A stretch of 64,000 nucleotides of DNA from an uncultured Planctomycetaceae bacterium (GCA_963833985.1 CAWIAD010000002.1:672001-736000), one strand, 5' to 3'; positions 45,894-57,944 are shown, numbered from the stretch's first letter. Translations and numbers: made by a program. Notes: generated from the letters alone by a model not told the origin.

Positions 45894-47213
45894 TCAGCGT
45901 GTTCTGTAGTCAGAACGACCCCCGGATGGAGACGGCCAGCGGCACGGCTTCACGAGTCTTCGGACAGCTCGTCCTCGGTTTCCTGGGCCGCGGCGCTCGC
46001 GGTCCGAACTTGCTCGAAGATTGCGCCGCAAGACCCCGAGCTTGTCGTTGCCAGTGATGTATTGACGATAAGGAAGAACCAGCTTCATGAGCTCGGCATC
46101 GCCCGGTCCCAGGCTGTCGACGGCCTGCTTGAGGATTTCGAGAAAGCGGTCGAGCCCCTCGTCCGGGAAGCGAGCGCGCGCCAGCAGCATTCTGAGTTGG
46201 GGCAGGGGAGAGAGTTGCAAGGCCACCGTACCCGACGAGCCAGGGGCCGCGTTGCCGGAGGCATTTCGCGATGACTGCACCAACGCCGTGCCTCGATCGC
46301 TGACCGGACTGAACTCGCGATCACGATCTCTGTCCCGGGGGCGTGCCAGTTCGGCCTCGCGCGTGCGTAGGGATTCAGCACTGTCGCGTGGTCGGTGCGC
46401 CGCTTCGATGGCGCCAACGAGCTGCTCCTGGGCCTCCGCGACGTAGGCCAGCCAGTCGGTGGTATAGTCTTGCCGGAAGGCCTCGATATAGCCGGGCTCG
46501 TACTGCCGCGAGAGCCACTTGAGCTGGTGGAAGACGCGATGCCCCAGCGCCTGAAGGTCCTCGCTGGTTTCGCTGTCGCGATCATGAGCGGCCTGATAAC
46601 AGCGGAACCGGCCAATCCAGACCTTGAGCCTGGCATACTGCTCCAGCTTGCCGAGCGCGGCGAAGCTGTTCAGACCGGCATCGACCTCGTGCGCCAGGAG
46701 CTGGAGCTGCCCGCCCGGGAAGTGCCCTTCGGCGTCCCAGAGTAGCCGATCCAGGTCCGAGAATTGCTCGGCGAGCTCCGGCTGAAGCCGGTCGAGCTCG
46801 CGGCGGAGCTGGCGGTACAAATCCAGCGCCGTGCGAAGCTCGCGGCGCGCTTCCTCGACTTCCCGCGTCACTTCCTCGAGATCGGTCCGCGCCTGCTGTC
46901 GCGTCCGCTCGATCTCCGTCTGCGACGTGGCGACAAGCTGCTCCGCGTCGGTCTGCGATTCCAGAGACGACTTGAACTGAGCCAGCTTTCGTACAAGGTC
47001 CTTGAGCAAATGCTCGTCCGTGTCTGCCTGCTCGATCGCTCGCAAGCTTGCCGGCCGCACCACGCGCATTCGTTCCACGGCGCGCCGGGCCGCCAACTCG
47101 GTCGCACGAAACTGCTCGGCCGCCTGCTGAGTCTCTCCTTCGATCTTACGCGCCCGGGTCTTCGCTTCGGCCTGGCGGACTACCTCCGCAAGCCGTTCCA
47201 GAGATGGAGTCAT
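45894..47213 (-). CDS. Coiled-coil hypothetical protein; real stop may be near 45950 after a frameshift near 46015
   Basis: Long E/Q/R/A-rich helical ORF; alternative frame ends ...AQETEDELSEDS*. Confidence 0.7.
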   Translation of the reverse strand: MTPSLERLAEVVRQAEAKTRARKIEGETQQAAEQFRATELAARRAVERMRVVRPASLRAIEQADTDEHLLKDLVRKLAQFKSSLESQTDAEQLVATSQTEIERTRQQARTDLEEVTREVEEARRELRTALDLYRQLRRELDRLQPELAEQFSDLDRLLWDAEGHFPGGQLQLLAHEVDAGLNSFAALGKLEQYARLKVWIGRFRCYQAAHDRDSETSEDLQALGHRVFHQLKWLSRQYEPGYIEAFRQDYTTDWLAYVAEAQEQLVGAIEAAHRPRDSAESLRTREAELARPRDRDRDREFSPVSDRGTALVQSSRNASGNAAPGSSGTVALQLSPLPQLRMLLARARFPDEGLDRFLEILKQAVDSLGPGDAELMKLVLPYRQYITGNDKLGVLRRNLRASSDRERRGPGNRGRAVRRLVKPCRWPSPSGGRSDYRTR

Positions 47214-47516
47214 GATGGTCTCTTTCGCCCTTCCGGACATCCAAGAATGGCAGCCCCGGGCGCTCGCGATCCAAGGGTACCCGGCGGTTTGTTGCAAACC
47301 CACCGCAGCACTCATTTTGCACATCCAGGGCGGGGTGAAAATATGAAAACTCGTTAAGGATAAGGGCCGGGAAGCACCTGGTTTTTGCATCAGGCCTGGC
47401 CCATGTGCATGATACACCCGCGAGCGCCAAAGGAGAACCCAGAGGCGATCGGACGGTGGGTGTGACTGGTCATGAGCTGCCGCGATGCCAGCGCAGTTCG
47501 AGGGCGCGCCGCCACG

Positions 47517-47714
47517 TTACCTCATCTTGCTTTTGTTCTTGTTCCCGGGCGCGGGCCGCGCGGCCTTCGTCTTCGCGCTCTTGGGACTCGCGGCGCCCCG
47601 ATGGCCGGGAATCCCGGCATTGCCATTTTCCGGGCTGGCATCGCCACAGCCTGGGAGCCAGGTGCAAAGCACGGCAAGGGTCAAGAGCCACGCGAGCGTC
47701 CGCTTCAGGTCATT
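47517..47714 (-). CDS. Small putative lipoprotein downstream of DUF1559 gene
   Basis: KRTLAWLLTLAVLCTWLPGC lipobox-like signal. Start approximate. Confidence 0.55.
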   Translation of the reverse strand, partial: NDLKRTLAWLLTLAVLCTWLPGCGDASPENGNAGIPGHRGAASPKSAKTKAARPAPGNKNKSKMR

Positions 47715-47715
47715 C

Positions 47716-48831
47716 TCAGTACGCATCGGCGCTGATCACCTCGCCACTCTTGCGCGTTCCCAGGGCCCACCAGGTCTGAAGGTTGACCGAGTCCTTGATG
47801 AAGCGGACCGAGCCGTCGGCAAAGCAGAGGTTGACGCCCCCGGGATGCAGGCTGTTGGGCGAAGCCGTGCCGTAGATGTCCATCGAATACGTCTCACCGC
47901 CGGGCGGATTGTTCTCGCACTGGCGGCTGTTCGGCGGACCCACGTGGTTGTAATTGCTGGTCACGTAATCGGGAAAGCTGGTCCACCACTGGTAGCCCAT
48001 GTTCGAGCTTCCGGCCGGCGTGCCTGGCGGCAGGCCCTGGCATTGCATGAGGAATTGCTGGATGGCGGCCGGTGTGGGGGTGATGTTGGCGCCTGGAGAG
48101 GGGAAGAAGACCCGGTTTTCCGCGTTCTTGCCGCTGCCGGCCACCGGGTTGACGGCCGGGGGGGTGAGCATCTCGCTCCAGAGCGAGGTGTTGCTGGTCC
48201 CGTCGATCACGCTGGCAATCGTGACCGTCTGCGCCGTCGCGATCAGCGGATCGGTGTAGTCCCAGCCCGGATTCATGGAGGGAATGATCGTGCCCGTGTA
48301 TCCGCCCAGCACGAACGGACCACCGTAGTTTCCGCCGTAGTTCACCACGGTGATTTGCGTCGACTGCGACATCTCGCGGCCGTCGGACGGGCACAGGAAC
48401 GAACCGACCTGCGTGTTGAAGACCGTCGTATTGCCCCACCAGAGCGTCGGGCCACTGGCATCCGGCGGATACGATCCGTAGACCCCGAGCGCGGAGTTGT
48501 AGGCATTGTAGAGCGTCGTCTGCTCCATGAAGTTGAAGAGCTGCACCAGCGGACCGACTCCCCAGCCCCAGCACGCACCCAGGTTCCCGTTGCCACCATC
48601 GACCTGCGAACAAGGGAACAGCGAACCGGATGGGAAGCAGCCAAAGGTCGCCAGGTAATTATGTGTCGCCAGCCCCATTTGCTTGAGATTATTGGTGCAC
48701 TGAATCCTCCGGGCCGCCTCCCGTGCCGACTGCACGGCCGGCAAGAGCAGCGAGATGAGCACCGCGATGATGGCGATGACGACCAGCAGCTCGATCAACG
48801 TGAAACCGGACCGGCGCGGAACACGAGTCAT
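47716..48831 (-). CDS. DUF1559-family prepilin-type protein (H-X9-DG C-terminus)
   Basis: [60 protein letters not shown]. Confidence 0.95.
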   Translation of the reverse strand: MTRVPRRSGFTLIELLVVIAIIAVLISLLLPAVQSAREAARRIQCTNNLKQMGLATHNYLATFGCFPSGSLFPCSQVDGGNGNLGACWGWGVGPLVQLFNFMEQTTLYNAYNSALGVYGSYPPDASGPTLWWGNTTVFNTQVGSFLCPSDGREMSQSTQITVVNYGGNYGGPFVLGGYTGTIIPSMNPGWDYTDPLIATAQTVTIASVIDGTSNTSLWSEMLTPPAVNPVAGSGKNAENRVFFPSPGANITPTPAAIQQFLMQCQGLPPGTPAGSSNMGYQWWTSFPDYVTSNYNHVGPPNSRQCENNPPGGETYSMDIYGTASPNSLHPGGVNLCFADGSVRFIKDSVNLQTWWALGTRKSGEVISADAY

Positions 48832-48920
48832 GTTGTCTCTCCATTTCGGCTTCAAAACCGTGACCAGGATTATACCTGGCGGCGCTCTCTTTCAGCAGTC
48901 TGAGCGCCGCTCCGCCCGGT

Positions 48921-49352
48921 TCACTCGCTCCCTTTGAGCTTGAGCGTCTTGCCATCGCGCTCGCCCTGGAAATACCTCTCGAGCAGCCGTTCGAACACCG
49001 AACCCGGGGGCGATACGCTGGCGAACAACGTCGCGCACGACTTCAGTTTCATGTCGTCTGGCGAGCCGAAAATGTCGTGGGCGGACTTCCCCTGCACGGC
49101 GAGTGCCGATTCGCAGGTCTCGACCAGCCGCGGCCCCAGGACGGGATGAGAGAGGTAAGCCGTGGCCTCGTCGATGCTCTTGATGGCGTATCGCCTGGAC
49201 ATCGCGCTGAACCCCAGTCCGTCGATCTGAGGGAGAACGTACCAGATCCAGTGCGATCGCTTGCGCCCGGCTTTGATCTCGGCCAGTGCCTGGTTGTAAT
49301 CACGGGCCTGGGCTTCGACGAAGCGGTTCAGGTCGTGAGGATCGTCCGGCAT
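48921..49352 (-). CDS. DUF1810-family protein
   Basis: LNRFVEAQ, GRKRSHWIWYVLPQI.GLG.S, IFGSPDDMKLKSCATLF. Confidence 0.88.
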   Translation of the reverse strand: MPDDPHDLNRFVEAQARDYNQALAEIKAGRKRSHWIWYVLPQIDGLGFSAMSRRYAIKSIDEATAYLSHPVLGPRLVETCESALAVQGKSAHDIFGSPDDMKLKSCATLFASVSPPGSVFERLLERYFQGERDGKTLKLKGSE

Positions 49353-49499
49353 GATCCGCCTCCCGTCTGGTGTCTCAAGGTCCGCGATCTTGGAGAGCTG
49401 CTGCCTTCTCGATCGAGTCCATGGTCGCCGATCGCCGGCGGGGAAGCGAGCACAAAAGCGGCACCATCAGGAGCACAAAACACAAGAAGGCAGAAGAAG

Positions 49500-49572
49500 G
49501 GACAGGCAAGCCCAGCACACAAACACAAGAAAGGACAGGCAAGCCCAGCACACAAGAAGAGACGGGCAAGCC
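49500..49572. repeat. Three direct repeats of GAC(A/G)GGCAAGCCC(AGCACAC); the third is the MITE target
   Basis: Copies at about 49500, 49533 and 49560; the third resumes at 53044. Confidence 0.85.
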
Positions 49573-49713
49573 CAATACCGTTGAAATAGCGTCAACGAAA
49601 AGGGGCAGGAGGCTTGTGACAGACTTGTTCCCACGCTCTGCGTGGGAACACCGGTCGGGACGCTCTGCGTCCCATGGATTTCCGAGCCTCGGTACGGGCC
49701 CAATCGACGCGGA

Positions 49714-51362
49714 GAGGCTGTGATTTTTTCGGAGATCCCCATTGTACTGAAAATGTGATCATGATATAATTCAGAACAGCGATGGCCCTCCGTCCTGCTG
49801 GCGTTTGCACCCACTCATCCCCGCGAGGCTCCCGTGACAATCCTCCCCCTGCTGCCGGACAACCTCCCCGAGCCCACCCCCGAGCAGGCCGCCAACACGC
49901 CCGGTCGGGGCAAACCCAGGCTTCGGGTCCCGCACCGCGATCAGGTTGAATTCACCTGGACCTCGCTCGACGATCGCCTCGATCCCGACTCTCAGGCCCG
50001 CGTCGTCTGGACCATGGTCTGCCGCCTGGACCACGACGCCTGGCTCGCCGACATCAAGGCCGTCGAGGGCCACGTCGGCCGCGACGCCACCGACCCCCGG
50101 TTGCTGGTCGCGCTCTGGGTGTTCGCCACCCTCAAGGGGGTCGGCAGTGGCGCGAGCTGGAACGCCTCTGCAAGAACCACCTCGCCTACCAGTGGCTCTG
50201 CGGTGGCGTCTCGGTGAACTACCACATGCTCGCCGACTTCCGCTCCCAGGGAGGCGAGAAGTGGGACGAAATGCTCACCCAGATCGTCGCCACGCTCATG
50301 GACGAAGGCTTGGTCACCATGGAGCGGGTGGCCCAGGATGGCATGCGGGTGCGGGCCGACGCCGGTAAAAGTTCCTTCCGCAGTGGGGAGCGGCTCAAGG
50401 AGTTGCTGGCCGAGTCCGAAGCACAGGTCCAGGCGCTCAAAGAACTGGCTGAAACCAACCCTGACGAACTGTCGAAACGGCAGCGGGCCGCCTGCGCGCG
50501 TGCTGCGGCAGAGCGTCAAGCGCGGATCGAGGAGGCGGCACGCCATTGCGAGGAGTTGCGGCAGAAGAAAGAGAAAAGAAACAAGGGGAGAAAAGAGAAA
50601 TCGTCCGAGGCGCGCGCGTCGACCACCGATCCGGAGGCGCGGAACATCAACTTCAGCGACGGCGGCTATCGCCCCGCGTTCAACGTGCAGTTCGCCACCG
50701 ACACGGCGACAGGCATCGTGGTGGGGGTGGACGTGACCAACGCCGGCACCGACAGCGAGGAAATGCCGCCGATGCTCGATCAACTGGAGACGCGTTACAA
50801 CGACGTGCCGGATGAGATGCTTGTCGATGGTGGGTTTGCATCTTTGGACGCGATTGATGCGGTCGAGGAGCGTGGCTGCAAGGTGTATGCACCGATCAAG
50901 GACCAGGAGAAGCAGAAGGAGGCGGGCAAAGACCCGTACGCCCGCAAGCCGCACGACACGGACAACACTGCGGCGTGGCGGGAGCGGATGGGCACGGAGG
51001 CGGCGCAGTTGATCTACAAGCTGCGGGCCCAGACGGCGGAGTGGGTTAACGCGATGTGCCGTAATAGAGGGCTTTGGCGGATGCCGGTGCGTGGCCGGAC
51101 AAAATGTCGGATCGTGGCGACGCTGTACGCGATCACGCATAATCTGATGCACCAGGGGAACGTGCGCGCGGCGGTCGCGGAGGGGCAGGGATGAGGTAAA
51201 AAGGGGTAGAAAACAGGCAGCGGAGGGCATTTTCGAGCCTCGATAGCGGAGAGAACACCCACAGGTGACGTGATCGCAGGGGAACTACCGCGACCCCGAC
51301 CCCTGATCAATCGACGCACGCCGATGGGAAAACCCGCCGTGCGGTCGAAAACTCACAGTCTC
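49714..51362 (+). mobile_element. IS1182-family element; transposase 49834-51194 with frameshift near 50150
   Basis: DPRLLVALWVFAT..GVGS-RELERLC...YQWLCGG.SVNYHMLADFR, AQDGMRVRA, TTDPEAR, FNVQ, LVDGGF; imperfect TIRs GAGGCTGTGATTTTTTCG / GAGACTGTGAGTTTTCG. Confidence 0.85.
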
Positions 51363-51395
51363 AGAGCGTCGCAGACGGCATTCCCACGCGGAGCG

Positions 51396-52976
51396 CTTGT
51401 CATTCCCGGAAAACTGCATCCATGCATATGCAATTAGTGGTGTACATGTGCATTGATTCTCGCGCGCTCAAGCTTTGCTCCCCTTACGAGGAGCCGGAGC
51501 ACCTTCATGCCGCGCCAGAGCGTGATCCAGCCGGGCATCCCGTCTCGTCGCCGGTTCATATTCCCACCGAGCCGCCCCAGGGCAAGCAACACGTCTGCCA
51601 CGGTCTTGAGTCCACGCTCGACCGCCAGACCGAGCACCTCCAGCTCGGGCTCCTCCAGGCCAGTGCTTGCCGCGGGAGCTCCCGGGAAGCCCTTGCCGAG
51701 CTCGCGCAGATCCAGCAGCCGAAGCGCCACCACGCTCATCACGGCGATCGCAGCGAACAATCGGTTGCCCCGCTCCAGCTGCAAATCCTCAGCCTTCATG
51801 CCCGTCTTGAGGCCCTTGTGAAACTCCTCGATCAGAAAGCGTGTGCCGTAGTCCATCACCACCATGATCGCAGCGCTGAAGCTCTCCGTCGGGCTGTCCG
51901 TGTAGAGCACCCATTCCAGCGGCGCGACGCCTTCAGGCGGGTCTTGCTCCCAGACCCGCACGAACCAGCCGTCGATCGGCTCGCCCGTGCCGGCCGCGCG
52001 GCCCGCACGCTCGGGTGCCCGCACGCGCACCGGACCACAACTGATCAGGAGCTTCGCGCGCGCGCGGCCTTACCATCGCGGCCACGCAGGTCCAGATACA
52101 TTCCCCCCACGGGCGCCACGCCCACGATGTGGTCGAAGACCAGCCCGAGCCGCTTACCATCGGCCGGATTGAGCAGAATGCGATTTTGACTGACCCGGAT
52201 CACGAAACCGTGGCCTGCCGCGCGACAGGACTCCATGTACTCATGAATATCTGCTTCTCGATCGGCGACGCGCACCCAGCGGACCTCCGGGTTCTCTGGT
52301 GCCGGGCCAATCCGCTTGCCCGACTCGAGCCAGCGATCCGACTCCCGATCCCGGATCTGCCGTTGCCGCGATCCGGCCTGTTTCGGCGTGTCGGGATCCC
52401 GCGGGATGCGGATGAGGTATTGCTGGTCGGCGAGCCCCAGGATCGTGACCGGGGGCCGACGACCGCTCGCATCAGGTACGGGCGACGAGTCGGCACGCAT
52501 CGCAAGGATGGAGTGGAGGAGAAAGCCCTGCTGTCCCGGCTCCGAGTCACCAATCGGCCCAAGCCCGGGTATTGGCTGCTTGCGATGAGAGAACGAGGGA
52601 AACGTGGTGTCTTCGATGAGGAGATATCGCCCCGGTTTGCGGAGTTCGGCCATCACCAGTCGGCGGTGAGTCGCCTGGATCGCATCGGGGACCACCTCGC
52701 GTTCGTCGAGGAGGTCATAGGTCGCGTTGATGTCGTACTTGCGGGTGAACAACTCGGGGATCATCTTCCCGGGTTGCTCAGCGAGGGCCTCCGCAAACGC
52801 CATGAGGCGATTCCTCCTGGTGCAATGGCCGAGCCTGATCCCGTCGAACTGCATCCGAGCCCATTGGGCGGGCGGGGACTGGTGGACTGACATCCCTGTG
52901 AACATAGTTGGCTCCATCCATGACCATGCTGGTAGAATCCAGCCAACCATGTTAACAAATTCGCGGGAATGACAAG
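51396..52976 (-). mobile_element. IS4-family (IS50/Tn5-like) element copy 2; 1-bp deletion near 52062 splits the transposase
   Basis: Same TIRs as copy 1; 1581 versus 1582 bp; 9-bp target duplication CGCGGAGCG (51387-51395, 52977-52985). Confidence 0.93.
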
Positions 52977-53129
52977 CGCGGAGCGTGGGAACGAGGGAAA
53001 AACCTATGCCCGTACTCAACTTATCGCTATTTCAGCGGTATTGCGGGCAAGCCCATCACTCGAAGACGCCGCGGGGTGAGAGAATGCAATCCAGCCGTGC
53101 CGGGCAGTGTCGCGGGCGATCGATCTGGC

Positions 53130-54690
53130 TCATGCGGTGGTCCTGCCTCGATACTTCTTCCAGTCGAGGCCCAGCTTGCGCATGCGCGATCGTAGAGTGT
53201 GGGGGTTGATGGCCAGTAGTGCCGCGGCGCCGTCGGGACCTTCGATGAGGCCCCGGGTACGCGCCAGTGCCGACTCAATGTGCCGCGCCATCGCTTGATC
53301 GAGCGTGGCGAGCGCGGGCTCGCCGCCGGGAGTCTCACGCCGGGGCGAGGGGGACGCCACGGTGAGCCGGCCCGAGGACCCCAGCGCCCGCGCGATCTCC
53401 AGCCCCTTTCCTTCCCCCAGGATGGCCGCTCGTTCAATGACGGCCGCGAGCTCCCGGACGTTCCCCGGCCAGGGGTAATCCACCAGCAGGCCGATATCCT
53501 CCGCCGTGGGCGCAAGCTGGGGCAGGCCGAGCCGCTTGGTGGCCCTGAGCGTGAAGTAGGCCGCGAGCGCGGGAATGTCGGAGAGCCGCTCACGCAAGGG
53601 CGGAAGGTAAACGGGGAAGACGGCCAGGCGGTACCAGAGGTCCTGGCGGAACGAGCCGTCGGCGACCATGAGCTCCAGGTCCCGGTGGGTCGCGGCGACA
53701 ATTCGCACGTCCACGTGCCGGGGCCGTTCTCCCCCGACGCGCTCGTACTGGCCGTCCTGGAGGATCCGCAGCAGCCGGACCTGGGCCGCCGGCGGCAGCT
53801 CGCCACATTCATCCAGGAACAATGTCCCGCCATCGGCACGCTCGAACCAGCCCTTCCGGTCCCCCACCGCGCCGGTGAAGCTGCCGCGCTCGTGACCGAA
53901 GAGCTCGGAATCCACCAGCTCCGAGGGAATGGCACCGCAATTGACCCGCAAGAACGGGCCGGCCGACCGCCGTGAGCGCGAGTGGATGGCCCGGGCGACC
54001 ACCTCCTTGCCGGAGCCGGTCTCTCCCAGGATCAAGACCGGGGCGTCCGATGGAGCCACAAGTGCGATGTGCTCCATCACCTCCTTGAGCCCCGTCTCGG
54101 CTCCGATCACCGAGTCCGTGATGTCATGCCGGCCCAGCCGGGAGAGCAGTGAGCGGTTGTCGGCCTCGACCGCCTCGCGCAGCGACATCAGCTCGCGGAC
54201 GCGATGATCGTTCTCGAGTGCCACCGTGAACGGATCGATGAGCTCCCGCGCCAGGTTGTCGTGCTCCGCGGTGAACGAATGCGGGGCGCCGGCGCAGCAC
54301 CAGCACTCCCAGCATGTTCTCGTGGCCGGAAAGCGGCGCCGCCAGGAACTCGCCGGCCAGCCCCGCAGGCAGAAGTCCCGGAAATCGCTTCTGGAGCGCG
54401 CGCACCGTTCCCTGGAGGATCTCGCCAGCGCGGCACCAGGCGACGATCCGATCAAGGTCCTGCGGGCTGCAAACCGTCCTGGCCCACCCTTGCTTTTCCG
54501 CCCTTGGCGCCAGCACCGCGGCAACAGTCTCCAGCGCCACGGCGGACAGGTCGACGCGGCGGACCAGCAGTAGCTCCAGCGGCAGGTGCGGGCTGAGCAA
54601 GGGCACCACCCGCGTGGCCAGTTCGTCAATCAGAATATGACGTGAGACTTCACGCCATACGTTCAACAGGGCTGATGGCGATTGATCCAC
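53130..54690 (-). CDS. Sigma54-dependent enhancer-binding activator (GAF-like, AAA+, Fis HTH); frameshift near 54290
   Basis: GETGSGKE, ELFGHERGSFTGA, LFLDE, FRQDLWYRL, WPGNVREL, AAALLAINPHTLRSRM. Confidence 0.92.
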
Positions 54691-54709
54691 GGAAGGCCCC
54701 CGGAACCAT

Positions 54710-54756
54710 GAAATATCATGGCTTGTACCAGGAAATATCACAGATGCCTGTGATAT
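54710..54756. promoter_or_regulatory. Candidate upstream activator/operator sites
   Basis: GAAATATCA at 54710 and 54732 (22-bp spacing) and inverted repeat ATATCACAG-N4-CTGTGATAT (54735-54756). Confidence 0.55.
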
Positions 54757-54880
54757 ACCACGGTCCGCTCCTGGCGGTCCAGAGCACCTCTGGAAAAAAC
54801 AGAACAGAATGATACCCGCGGGATTCATTTGCCAGAAAAAGTGCGCTGTCGCCCCGGCGGAATCACCATCGCGGGGGAGC

Positions 54881-54896
54881 CGGCACGCGCCTTGCT
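54881..54896 (+). promoter_or_regulatory. Sigma54 -24/-12 promoter
   Basis: CGGCAC-GCGCC-TTGCT versus consensus TGGCAC-N5-TTGCW; adjacent divergent sigma54 activator. Confidence 0.75.
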
Positions 54897-55269
54897 TTTA
54901 GACAGTTTCGTCGCAAGACAAGCCTCGGAGTCGTTGCTCTTCCTTCCTGTTCGCAGGAGCGGGAGAGCCTTCGCTTGCTTGTTCTGATCTTGTGGACCGA
55001 GCTTGTCTGGACTCGCACTCCGGAAGTGCGAGCCGATCCGTTCCCGTCGAACTCACCTTGTGTACGCCTCATGGTTGAGCGGGCTTCCGGAAACGGGTGC
55101 CCGCTCAGATCGTCTCCGGGGCATGAGACTGCTGTGCCCGCTGCGCCGCGGATCGCGGTGCGGTGGGAGTCGAGACACGTTTCCACAGGAGGTCAGGTCT
55201 GTGAACCGCCAGTCTTCCCAGCTTAGCGCAGAGGCCCTCGGGTTTCCGAGGGTCCTCGGAGGGTACCCG

Positions 55270-56340
55270 ATGCACCGTCGTCCTCAGTCACGTGGTTTCA
55301 CGCTCATCGAGCTGCTGGTCGTCATCGCCATCATCGCGGTGCTGATCTCGCTGCTCTTGCCGGCCGTGCAGTCGGCCCGTGAGGCCGCCCGCCGTGCCCA
55401 GTGCACCAACAACCTCAAGCAGGTGGGCCTGGCGCTGCACAATTACGAGAGCTCCAACAACGTGTTTCCTCCGGCCTGCAAGTCGATCAATCTGCAAACA
55501 TCTCCCCCCTCGCTGATGTTTCCGGATACCGGCTTCAGCGTCCAGGCGCGGGTGCTCAGCTATATCGAAGGCGGCTCGATTTACAACGCGCTCAATTTCA
55601 ACTACGAGTACAACGACGCCAGCGGCGGCAACTTCACGGGGGCCTCGTCGGCCCTGAGCATCTACATCTGCCCGTCTTCCCCGCGGCCTGGCACACGTGA
55701 TACCGCCCCGGCCGACCCCAACGCTTCGGCCTTCGAGCAGGCTCAGGCCACCGGCTACGGCTACATGGATTATGCTCCGTCGGTCTACACCGACATCAAC
55801 GTCCAGAACGGTGCCCTGGCGATCGGCGGCCTGGGCGCCACGCCGATCGTGCCGTATCGCAACAAGCTGGTCGCGGCCAAGGGCCTGCTGAAGGATGCCA
55901 AGACCAGTATCAGCGAGGTCGTTGACGGACTGAGCAACACGATCGCCGTCATCGAGTGCGCCGGCCGCGACGAGCGTTTCGTCAGCCAGTACTTCGAAGG
56001 CCAGTACCCCGTCGTCCGGGGCCAGGGCCCCGCGGGGGGCCCGACCGCCCGGCACCGGTTCTGGAGATGGGCCGACCCGGGCTGCGCATTTGGCACATCC
56101 GGTCAGCCCAATAACAAGGGCGTGCCGACGAACGAGGGCGTGCTCTGGCCAACGACGACCGCGACGGCCGGCAACCAGGCGGGTGCCAACGAGGAGCCCT
56201 ACTCGTATCACGCCGGCGGCGTGAACGCCCTCTTTGGCGACGGATCGGTCCGGTTCGTCAAGGATTCCGTCAGCCTGGCCGCATTTCGCTCAATCCTCAC
56301 GCTGGCCGGCAACGAGACGGTCTCCGCAGACCAGTATTGA
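55270..56340 (+). CDS. DUF1559-family prepilin-type protein
   Basis: [14 protein letters not shown]...[36 protein letters not shown]. Confidence 0.95.
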   Translation: MHRRPQSRGFTLIELLVVIAIIAVLISLLLPAVQSAREAARRAQCTNNLKQVGLALHNYESSNNVFPPACKSINLQTSPPSLMFPDTGFSVQARVLSYIEGGSIYNALNFNYEYNDASGGNFTGASSALSIYICPSSPRPGTRDTAPADPNASAFEQAQATGYGYMDYAPSVYTDINVQNGALAIGGLGATPIVPYRNKLVAAKGLLKDAKTSISEVVDGLSNTIAVIECAGRDERFVSQYFEGQYPVVRGQGPAGGPTARHRFWRWADPGCAFGTSGQPNNKGVPTNEGVLWPTTTATAGNQAGANEEPYSYHAGGVNALFGDGSVRFVKDSVSLAAFRSILTLAGNETVSADQY

Positions 56341-56382
56341 ATTCCCCTCCGGCCTTCAGGCATTGACAGGGAGAAGTGGTCG

Positions 56383-56841
56383 ATGAGCCGTTCCATGGTT
56401 TCCGCGGTACGCAGATCTCTCCACCGTTGCCGGATGAGCGCCCTGGCCGTTGCGGTCGGGGTGGCTCTGGCCGGCTGCCAGAATTCCAATTCGCTGCCGT
56501 CCTTGCGAGTCTACGAGGTGAAGGGCAAGGTCTTGCTCGCCAGTGGCAAGCCCCTGAGCTCGGGCTGGATCTACTTTGTACCCAAGGGCGACCTGCCGCT
56601 CACCCCCAGCGCCCGGATCCAGCCGGACGGCACGTTCTCGCTGGAGACGGGCGGGTCGGGCGCGGGCGCTCCACCCGGCGATTACAAGGTCCGCGTGGAA
56701 ACGCCCCAACTCCCACCGGCCAGTCCCAGATCCAGGTCGAAACCTCTCGTCCCCATCAAGTACACCGACGAGGACTCCTCCGGCCTGGTGGTCACGGTCC
56801 AGGCGGGAAGCAATCAGATCGATCCCATTATTCTTAAATGA
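56383..56841 (+). CDS. Lipoprotein of the type that accompanies DUF1559 genes
   Basis: LAGC lipobox, VKGKV, GAPPGDYKVRV, P.KY...SSGL. Confidence 0.82.
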   Translation: MSRSMVSAVRRSLHRCRMSALAVAVGVALAGCQNSNSLPSLRVYEVKGKVLLASGKPLSSGWIYFVPKGDLPLTPSARIQPDGTFSLETGGSGAGAPPGDYKVRVETPQLPPASPRSRSKPLVPIKYTDEDSSGLVVTVQAGSNQIDPIILK

Positions 56842-56853
56842 TAGGAAAACGCT

Positions 56854-57944
56854 TTGCAGCTCCTCAATCGGCTCAAGACGTCGCGGACACAGCCTGGCCC
56901 AAGGTACGGCCGCTTGTTTCAGCTCGTCGCCGGCTCGGTCCTGTGCAGCCTCGCGGCGGGCTGCGGGGCCGCGGCCGGCACCGCCTCGGACACCCTCAAG
57001 CTGGGTGCCTACTCGGTGGTTCGCGAGGTGTTCCATGAAGGCCTGATCCCCGCCTTCGCGGCCCGCTGGAAGAGCAAGACCGGCCGCGACGTCCAGTTTG
57101 AGGAATCGTACTCGGGCTCCGGGCGCAGGCCCGGTCGATCGCCGCGGGCTTCGATGCCGACCTGGCGATCCTGTCGCACGAAGGCGACATGGAGCTCCCT
57201 GGTCAAGGAGGGGAAGGTCAAGGCCGACTGGAACGCCGGGCCCCATCACGGCATCCTCACCCACAGCCTGGTGGTGATCGGCCACCGGCCTGGCAATCCC
57301 AAGGGGATTCGCGGCTGGACCGACCTGGCGCGTGACGGGGTGGGCGTTCTTTACCCCGATCCCAAGACCTCCGGCGGCGCCCGCTGGAACATCAACGCGA
57401 TCTACGGCGCAGGGCTGCTTGCGGCCCGCGAGGCGAACCCCAGGGCGCCCGACCTCGCTCCCGTACGCGAGTTGCTGGGCGCATCCAGGCCAACGTGATC
57501 AACATGGACCCCTCGGGCCGCCAGAGCATGGCCAATTTCGCCGAGCGCGGGACCGGCGATGCGGTGGTCACCTACGAGAACGAGCTGCTGCTTCGCAGCA
57601 AGGAGGGTGAGCCGATCCCCTACGTCATACCCTCCGCGACCCTGCTCATCGAAAGCCCCGCGGCGCTGGTCGAGAGCGCGGTCGAGCGGCACGGCAACCG
57701 GGCACTGGCGGAAGCGTTTCTCGAGTTCCTGTATTCGAGCGATGCTCAGCAGATCCTTGCCGACTACGGGTTCCGGCCCGTCAATCCGGATGCGAAACCT
57801 TCCTCTGGCGAGCGGCAATCTCCCGCGAAGCTCTTCACCATGGCCGACCTGGGGGGTTGGGCCAGCGTCGAGGAGCGGCTCTACGGTCCCGAAGGGCTCT
57901 GGACCACGATTGCTGCCCAGCGGTCGCAGGCCGGCGGGAGATGA
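56854..57944 (+). CDS. sbp: Sulfate ABC transporter substrate-binding protein; frameshifts near 57130, 57195 and 57480
   Basis: FEESYSGSG, GNPKGIRGWTDL, PDPKTSGGARWN, GDAVVTYENE, YGFRP. Confidence 0.88.

Larger units (their letters stand above)
49573..53043. mobile_element. MITE-like element copy B, about 230 bp of own sequence, carrying a REP doublet and two nested ISs
   Basis: TIR CAATACCG(T/C)TGAAATAGCG at both ends; perfect 10-bp duplication CGGGCAAGCC (49563-49572, 53044-53053); internal palindromes GTTCCCACGCTCTGCGTGGGAAC and TTCCCACGCGGAGCGTGGGAA. Confidence 0.85.

Noticed and set aside
49500..49572. Possible mini-CRISPR
   Set aside because: Only three copies with spacers of about 10 nt; better explained as a short repeat used as an insertion target.
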